Part shown: in pieces, positions 58,588-64,000 of the stretch
Position numbering within the stretch: the stretch's first letter is position 1
Layout: each line of letters starts with the position of its first letter
IMG/VR virus record: IMGVR_UViG_3300031972_002446
Coordinates: 1 to 64,000 of that record
Strand: one strand, 5' to 3'
DNA from: a virus
Length of the DNA stretch: 64,000 nucleotides
Notes under the pieces: generated by a model
The model's database searches: none
Told to the model about the DNA's origin: nothing
Seen by the model: only the letters and a program-made list of their open reading frames with translations
Made by a program: the position numbers and the translations under genes

Positions 58588-59310
58588 TTATCTATCAGAT
58601 TGTACTGTTCCATCGTTGTTTAGTCTATCGTGCAAATAACACAATCTATTAATTTTACTTCTATCAATATTGTTTTGTTTTAAATGCTCTAAAAGCCTTA
58701 ACTCTGAGTTACCATTACCAATGTTGTCTTTTAAAATACTTAAATACTTTTCACAATATATTTTAATTGTTTCTATTGGGCCAATAGCAAACCTGTCATA
58801 CACACCTCCTAAATAATCTTTAATATTAGTTTTATTATGACATAGAGGAATATTTAACGTGTCTTTATTTATTTTATCAATCGGAAAATTTTCCCACGGT
58901 ATATGATCACATCTTAATCTACATACTAAATCATATTTAATATTATTAATTTTAACATACTCTTGAAATAATTGAAAACAGCGATAAACACCATACCATT
59001 GTAGTATATAATGTTCCATTCTGTTTTTTAAAATATATTCGTTTTTTTCTATCTTGGGTTTGCTAAAAGTTATGCCATTTTTGTGACTTATATCTTTAGT
59101 TTCTGAATTTTTCATAGAGTCTTTTTCAAAACATAAGACGTTTGGTTTTAATTTTTGAAGAGAGGATACGTTTATTTCGGTTAAATCCTCATCAGGTATG
59201 TAGAAATATGTATCAAATCCATCAAACTGTGAAAAAAGTTTGTTGTGTATTTCTGGTAGTGCATATGCAAAGCCTCTCATTTGACCACTAAACAAAAAAG
59301 CACAGTTCAT
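58588..59310 (-). CDS. Putative glycosyltransferase (SGQ.R / YD.V.R.R.D family)
   Basis: FSGQMR, YDLVCRLRCD, DRFAIG, E..L..HL. Confidence 0.6.
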   Translation of the reverse strand: MNCAFLFSGQMRGFAYALPEIHNKLFSQFDGFDTYFYIPDEDLTEINVSSLQKLKPNVLCFEKDSMKNSETKDISHKNGITFSKPKIEKNEYILKNRMEHYILQWYGVYRCFQLFQEYVKINNIKYDLVCRLRCDHIPWENFPIDKINKDTLNIPLCHNKTNIKDYLGGVYDRFAIGPIETIKIYCEKYLSILKDNIGNGNSELRLLEHLKQNNIDRSKINRLCYLHDRLNNDGTVQSDR

Positions 59311-59939
59311 TATATCTTCCTTAATATAGTTAAACCATGACTAATTGGTAATGTACTATATTCGTAAGAATCTCCATATATCTCCATAAATTTCAATAAA
59401 CCACCGTAAACACCATTACCTCCAAATTCATGGTTGGGAGGATAATTGTTTCGGTTGTATTCCGGTTGATTATTAGTATGCATAGTATCGTGTAGCAAAA
59501 CTAAAGATTTATTATTAATAATTTGATCTATTAAACATAATTCTTTAAATACATGATCTGAACTGTGCCAGTCATCTACAAGTACGATATCGTAAATATC
59601 TTTATTTTCAACTGATTCTTCTAAAAATTTTAAACTATCTTTTTGATGAAAAATCCAATAAAGTAATAAGTTATTAGGTAAACGCCCTCCAATATGACGA
59701 AATTGAGGGATATTTTTATCTACAGAGCATACCTCGCCATCAGTAATTTCTGCACCAAGCACTAGGGGTAATGTACTACCACCATCTCTACAGCCTAGTT
59801 CAAGAATATTTTTGGCTTTTAAACCAGTAACTAAGGATATAAATATTGGGCCTAATGCTGGAGTTTCATTGTTTCTGGGGTTAATTTCTTGGGTAATTTT
59901 AAACGTGTTGTGGATATGCCACATCGCATCAAAATCCAT
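59310..59939 (-). CDS. Class I SAM methyltransferase (Methyltransf_24-like)
   Basis: ILELG...G.ST, SVD, DD.H, LLHDT, GLTILR. Confidence 0.85.
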   Translation of the reverse strand: MDFDAMWHIHNTFKITQEINPRNNETPALGPIFISLVTGLKAKNILELGCRDGGSTLPLVLGAEITDGEVCSVDKNIPQFRHIGGRLPNNLLLYWIFHQKDSLKFLEESVENKDIYDIVLVDDWHSSDHVFKELCLIDQIINNKSLVLLHDTMHTNNQPEYNRNNYPPNHEFGGNGVYGGLLKFMEIYGDSYEYSTLPISHGLTILRKI

Positions 59940-60137
59940 TTACTTTTCCTTTTTCGATTTTATGAAAAGATTAATTAAAAAATTTCTTAATTCTTTTAAT
60001 TCTGATACTGATATATCTTCCAACTTTTCATACAATACCCAATCGTCTTTGTTTTCTCCAAACTTTCTCCAAACTTCTAATATTGTTTTTTTAGTTTCAG
60101 AATCCTGAGTAACTCTAAACTTGGTATTATCACTCAT
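59940..60137 (-). CDS. Small protein, family B
   Basis: GGAGG RBS; similar to 56657-56860. Confidence 0.55.
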   Translation of the reverse strand: MSDNTKFRVTQDSETKKTILEVWRKFGENKDDWVLYEKLEDISVSELKELRNFLINLFIKSKKEK

Positions 60138-60337
60138 AATGACCTCCTAACTTTTATCGGCCATATATAACAATACACCTATTTACTCACTATGAACAAT
60201 TTTTTTCATTTTCTTTTCTATATTAGTAAGAGTCTTTTTTACTTGGGTTGATAATTCATAATCTTTTTTATATGCTAAAACAGCATCTAAAATCTTCCAT
60301 GCTTCTGCTGGACTTATTTCTATAGACATAATTTTCC

Positions 60338-60835
60338 CTAGTAAGAATGAACAGTCCAAGTGGTCTCAGTAATAAATTCCATCTGTAATGTTTTAGCAAG
60401 TTCCTTGCCCAGTTTTGTCATTTTAGTTTCAAAAAGACCATAAGGCTCAAACATGATGTACAAAACACCTGTCATTATATCGTAACCTGATTCTCTATTA
60501 CTATCAAATATTCTCAAATTCCAATCAGGTAAATCATCAGCATCAATTCCTGTATGCTGGCAAAATGTTCTGAGCATAAACTGATTATGCTCTCTATCAT
60601 TTTCATAACCAGATGAATATTCACCCTGTTCCATACTGAGCGCATTAATAAATGTGTCGATAAATCCATCTCTGTTTTTAATCATAGTAGCAAATACTTC
60701 TTCATCAATATATTTTTCTTGATATAGAACATTTGCAATAATTTGCCTAACTGCTTTCTTTTTAATTTCATTTCTACGAAGAAAATCTACAAACTCAACA
60801 GCAACAGCACTTTCTGTATAAATATCACTTCCCAT
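60338..60835 (-). CDS. Hypothetical protein
   Basis: GGAGG RBS; ORF track. Confidence 0.6.
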   Translation of the reverse strand: MGSDIYTESAVAVEFVDFLRRNEIKKKAVRQIIANVLYQEKYIDEEVFATMIKNRDGFIDTFINALSMEQGEYSSGYENDREHNQFMLRTFCQHTGIDADDLPDWNLRIFDSNRESGYDIMTGVLYIMFEPYGLFETKMTKLGKELAKTLQMEFITETTWTVHSY

Positions 60836-61008
60836 TATTCATCAACCTCCTTAGTAAATCTATAATATAATCTTTCTACCTCTTTTAAATTGTAAGAATA
60901 AGGAGCAACATTATCCTCATTCTGATTGTTCCATCGCATATCTTCATGTAGAGAATCTAGTGCGTCAAGAACAATATCCATGTCATTTTCCTCAATAAGA
61001 TACTTCAT
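60835..61008 (-). CDS. Small protein, family C (57 aa)
   Basis: Manual translation MKYLIEENDMDIVLDALDSL...YSYNLKEVERL. Confidence 0.55.
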   Translation of the reverse strand: MKYLIEENDMDIVLDALDSLHEDMRWNNQNEDNVAPYSYNLKEVERLYYRFTKEVDE

Positions 61009-61547
61009 GCTTCTGACCCGTATCTTTGACCTGCCTCATAACTCAACTGTATAATATCATCTAATTCACAGAATAAACTATCAGACATACCTAATTGCCA
61101 ATCTTCACCATTGTACCCTTTATCGAATACCTCTTGACAAATCTCCCAAAGCATATTGCTAGTTTCACCTTCATGTATCATTCGATGAACACAACCACTG
61201 TCTGTATAATCCTCAACGTCATCTTCTGTATAATCAGGATTCTCGTCTAAATAACCATCAATATAATGGTTCATTCTTGGTTCTGCTACCTCAACCCACC
61301 AACTATCAAATGTTTTAAATTCTACTTCATTCATTACATTTCCTCTCACACTTTTTAAGTATTTAGCAATAGTTGCAGCAGTATCCTGTACTGGTATTCC
61401 TGCCTGTTCATGTATAATTAATGCCATTATAGCAGTATCAGCAACATCTTCTCTTAACAAAATAGTAAATAAATCCTCTCCATATTCTTGTTTTATGTAA
61501 TCAGCGACTTTATTAGTATAAGTGTCATTATGCTTCATAATTGTCAA
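61005..61547 (-). CDS. Family A paralog 3 fused to an acidic domain
   Basis: N-terminal 56-aa family domain; internal RBS plus ATG at 61334. Confidence 0.6.
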   Translation of the reverse strand: MTIMKHNDTYTNKVADYIKQEYGEDLFTILLREDVADTAIMALIIHEQAGIPVQDTAATIAKYLKSVRGNVMNEVEFKTFDSWWVEVAEPRMNHYIDGYLDENPDYTEDDVEDYTDSGCVHRMIHEGETSNMLWEICQEVFDKGYNGEDWQLGMSDSLFCELDDIIQLSYEAGQRYGSEA

Positions 61548-61771
61548 TCATCTAATTCTTCACCATACATTTTTTTCCAACAATTATCACAAGTTCCGCT
61601 AATTAGCAATTCTCTTTCTGCTACTGTTAAATAATCTAAACAATTTTGTATGTAGCAATCTCCTTTTTGCCAAGCGTCAAAATCTCGCTCATCTAAAGTT
61701 ATAGCATATTCTACATTACAATGCCTGCAAACTACATGCATAACATCATTTCTTTCATTAAATGCTATCAT
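61544..61771 (-). CDS. Small Zn-finger protein
   Basis: CRHC...IQN..DYL...ERELLISGTCDNCW. Confidence 0.65.
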   Translation of the reverse strand: MIAFNERNDVMHVVCRHCNVEYAITLDERDFDAWQKGDCYIQNCLDYLTVAERELLISGTCDNCWKKMYGEELDD

Positions 61772-61944
61772 TTTAAATATTCATTAATTTTATTAGACAA
61801 ATCCTGCAATTCATTTGTTGTTACCCTCATTCTAATATAATCCGAACTGATAACATTAGTAATATCTAACACATGATGTCCACACTCTTCACTTACCCTG
61901 AATTTATAAACATCAAATTCATAAACCAAGTCTTGTTTAAGCAT
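61768..61944 (-). CDS. Small protein, family B (58 aa)
   Basis: Manual translation ...KFRVSEE...NELQDLSNKINEYLK. Confidence 0.5.
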   Translation of the reverse strand: MLKQDLVYEFDVYKFRVSEECGHHVLDITNVISSDYIRMRVTTNELQDLSNKINEYLK

Positions 61945-62150
61945 TATTTCCTCTTTTTTCTTAAAAAACCTATAAGATGATGTGCAGCGTTATTAATGCT
62001 TTCTCCTGATTCATAGCAGTAATTTATAATAGCACCTGCATTATTTGCGTCTTCATCAGAAATTTGTAATTCCTGTGTCATATCTCCGTATTCATCCACC
62101 AAATAATCAGCAACAGCACTACTGTATTCGTTAACATTTTGAAATTGCAT
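61944..62150 (-). CDS. 56-aa helical family A paralog 4
   Basis: YSSAVADYLVDEYG...GESINNAAHHLIGFLR. Confidence 0.6.
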   Translation of the reverse strand: MQFQNVNEYSSAVADYLVDEYGDMTQELQISDEDANNAGAIINYCYESGESINNAAHHLIGFLRKKRK

Positions 62151-62183
62151 TGTTGTTTCTTTCTGAAAAGGTCGGTTTTTATT

Positions 62184-62212
62184 AGTATATCATACTTATC
62201 GTCTGTTGTCAA
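62184..62212 (-). promoter_or_regulatory. Sigma70-type promoter with CGAT spacer box
   Basis: TTGACA-acagacgataagtatga(17)-TATACT. Confidence 0.85.
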
Positions 62213-62376
62213 TCAATATCTTTACAAGAATTTTCATCTATGGTATCACCTAGTAAAACTACAGCATTTTCTAGTAAAACACCCATAATTTTGGGTTCGA
62301 TATTATCTATATGGGTTAATTGATTCTCATAGTCGATAATGAATTTTTCAATCCTTAGCCTTAATTGATTAGTCAC
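62209..62376 (-). CDS. Small protein, family D (55 aa)
   Basis: Manual translation MTNQLRLRIEKFIIDYENQLTHIDNI. Confidence 0.55.
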   Translation of the reverse strand: MTNQLRLRIEKFIIDYENQLTHIDNIEPKIMGVLLENAVVLLGDTIDENSCKDID

Positions 62377-62384
62377 ATATTATC

Positions 62385-62561
62385 CTATTTTAAATCTCTA
62401 ATATTATAAAACCCATCAAGAAAATTAACCATATTATTTATCTGATCAACAGTATAAGGTTGATACCCTGTACTCTTTTCCAGTTTTTTCATAACTTCGC
62501 CCATATGCTCCAATGAGTCCACAATCATGGTAATATCATGTTTATCTAATTCTACAAGCAT
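62385..62561 (-). CDS. Small protein, family C (58 aa)
   Basis: Manual translation MLVELDKHDITMIVDSLEH...YTVDQINNM. Confidence 0.5.
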   Translation of the reverse strand: MLVELDKHDITMIVDSLEHMGEVMKKLEKSTGYQPYTVDQINNMVNFLDGFYNIRDLK

Positions 62562-62562
62562 C

Positions 62563-62715
62563 TTAATTGTCCTTTTTTACAACTTCTGTTAGTAGATCAA
62601 TAGCACCCTCTAAAAATATATCTGTAGTTGCCACATCCATATTATCTATATCATTAATTTGATTCTCATAGGCCAGAATAAACTTTTCTATATTTTGTCG
62701 TAATTCATCTGTCAT
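62563..62715 (-). CDS. Small protein, family D (50 aa)
   Basis: Manual translation MTDELRQNIEKFILAYENQINDIDNM. Confidence 0.55.
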   Translation of the reverse strand: MTDELRQNIEKFILAYENQINDIDNMDVATTDIFLEGAIDLLTEVVKKDN

Positions 62716-62933
62716 ACTGACACCCTCTCTTTGCTAAATCTATCCTCTAAATTAAAGACTTCCCACATTTCCCTAGACAATCTATTAATATCTTCCATAT
62801 TATAATCTTTACCCATATCAGGGAAACCTTTTTCTTGGTCTTTTCTCATCCTTGCACGTTTTTCCAATAGAGCGTCGTACAACATAAGATAATCTTGGTC
62901 TGTAATATCAAATAATTCATTAAAGTATTTCAT
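62712..62933 (-). CDS. Small protein, family C
   Basis: ITDQDYLMLYDAL...YNMEDINRL. Confidence 0.55.
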   Translation of the reverse strand: MKYFNELFDITDQDYLMLYDALLEKRARMRKDQEKGFPDMGKDYNMEDINRLSREMWEVFNLEDRFSKERVSV

Positions 62934-63256
62934 ACCGCCACCTTCCTTCCACTGTATAAATAACCCCCATGAGGATCGCAAACCTCTAAAATTCTATCAA
63001 AATTCTCTGCCAGATTATATCTAGCACCTTTTGCTGGAGAGTTCCATGTAGCCGCTTTTAGTATATCCAAATTATTATTATCCACAAAAGCATGAACACT
63101 ACTACCACCGCCAGCATCTACTCTGATAATTTTAGTATACTTTTTATTTACTTTAAAGTCATACTTGACAGGAGGGTTTGTAGGATATTTAGCCTTAAAT
63201 TTAGACTCCAATATTTCACACCATTCTTCTACAAAATTAATATACTTATTAATCAT
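62930..63256 (-). CDS. Conserved phage hypothetical protein
   Basis: KY.KII......SVHAFVD...DILKAA.W..PAKG.RYNL. Confidence 0.7.
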   Translation of the reverse strand: MINKYINFVEEWCEILESKFKAKYPTNPPVKYDFKVNKKYTKIIRVDAGGGSSVHAFVDNNNLDILKAATWNSPAKGARYNLAENFDRILEVCDPHGGYLYSGRKVAV

Positions 63257-63409
63257 ACTTTCTTTCTCCTTTTATCTACTTTCCATTCTCTGTAAGATGC
63301 TATAAAAAACCACGCTGTAGCCACAATAGCCACGATATGTAATACTCTTCCGACTATTTCCATTTGATTTCTATTTCATTTCTTTTTGATTTGTGGGTGA
63401 TTAACCCAT

Positions 63410-63586
63410 TTAGGTCATTTGATTCTTATTTTTGGTGGGAATCGTACCCAATAAGGTTCTATCAATTATATGCAGATTCTTTATTTCTTGATGCTTTATA
63501 TCTATTGGATTTGTATGTAAATGAGTGTGTAAAACCTTGCGTAATAGTTTGATTTCGCTATCTGTGAGAAGTATGCTTTTATACAT
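63410..63586 (-). CDS. Small hypothetical protein (58 aa)
   Basis: Manual translation MYKSILLTDSEIKLLRKVL...; directly below promoter. Confidence 0.5.
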   Translation of the reverse strand: MYKSILLTDSEIKLLRKVLHTHLHTNPIDIKHQEIKNLHIIDRTLLGTIPTKNKNQMT

Positions 63587-63631
63587 TTTTTCCTATACCT
63601 ATTACATAAACTACTACTAGTACTAATAGAC

Positions 63632-63659
63632 ATTATACCATAAGTAACCATAGAGTCAA
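63632..63659 (-). promoter_or_regulatory. Sigma70-type promoter heading the small-ORF cluster
   Basis: TTGACT-16-TATAAT, preceded by long AT-rich non-coding DNA. Confidence 0.65.
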
Positions 63660-64000
63660 TATCGGAATTTAGAGCGTCTGGACTTTAGTTTTTTTATGCT
63701 CTTTTTTCCCTTAGAAAACCCTTATTTTACAAGTCAGTTATATTTAATAAGTAAATTAAGGTTATATTTATGACAAAATTGGTCTAAAAAACGATAAAAA
63801 CCAGTTCATTATTATTAATACAGGAAAGATAAACCCTAAAAACGGACATAAAAGATGTCTAAAATATGAAAAAATTCAAGAAACATGATGATAATTCCTA
63901 ATAGTTATATATTCTTTAGTAGTAGGGAAAATGTTATTAAAACTCTATTATAATCAATATTTTTTATTTTGATACTTGACCCTTCATTTCTATAGATACT

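Noticed and set aside
220-63552. Numerous short plus-strand ORFs in the track (e.g. 9881-10297, 20030-20299, 22631-23151, 48785-49021, 63364-63552)
   Set aside because: They are antisense shadows of well-supported minus-strand genes, with no RBS or motifs; only 40400-41176 is credible
1-64000. Stop-codon recoding as seen in some jumbo phages
   Set aside because: Conserved genes are full length in code 11, and TAA, TAG and TGA all end genes at sensible positions
1-64000. CRISPR array or IS/transposase
   Set aside because: No regularly spaced repeats and no transposase or integrase ORF seen
1-64000. Eukaryotic giant virus (NCLDV) origin, suggested by glyco-genes and the DUF5824-like protein
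   Set aside because: Shine-Dalgarno sites, sigma70 promoters, operonic overlaps, tmRNA and rIIA/B indicate a bacteriophage

Overview
This window looks like a 64 kb segment of an AT-rich (roughly 30% GC by eye) large or jumbo tailed-phage genome using standard code 11. Essentially all credible genes are on the minus strand, except one trypsin-like protease. Phage and DNA-metabolism markers include T4-like rIIA/rIIB, ATP-dependent DNA ligase, ThyX, RuvB, UvsE, two HhH glycosylase-like genes, tRNA-Leu(UAA), a complete tmRNA (tag ADTSVLALAA) and many tiny tightly packed ORFs. No capsid or terminase gene is visible here, so the phage call rests on these markers. Several genes belong to families typical of Planctomycetota: a DUF1559 prepilin/H-X9-DG protein, a PSCyt1-DUF1549-DUF1553 cytochrome with its DUF1501 partner, a 4Fe-4S ferredoxin and Cys-rich secreted proteins. 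These suggest a planctomycete host. About 20 sugar-pathway, glycosyltransferase and sulfotransferase genes form one block at the left and single insertions elsewhere. The most unusual observations are: (1) RuvB paired with a Zn-ribbon protein carrying only RuvA domain III; (2) an actin-fold ATPase coupled to a small membrane-anchored protein; (3) the planctomycete periplasmic cytochrome/DUF1501 module in a phage; (4) two promoter classes, sigma70-like with a CGAT spacer box and a GGTGTAT motif; (5) an anticodon-less tRNA mimic after rIIB; (6) a four-member ungapped 56-aa paralog family in apparent early regions. All family calls are motif recognition by eye, not database searches.
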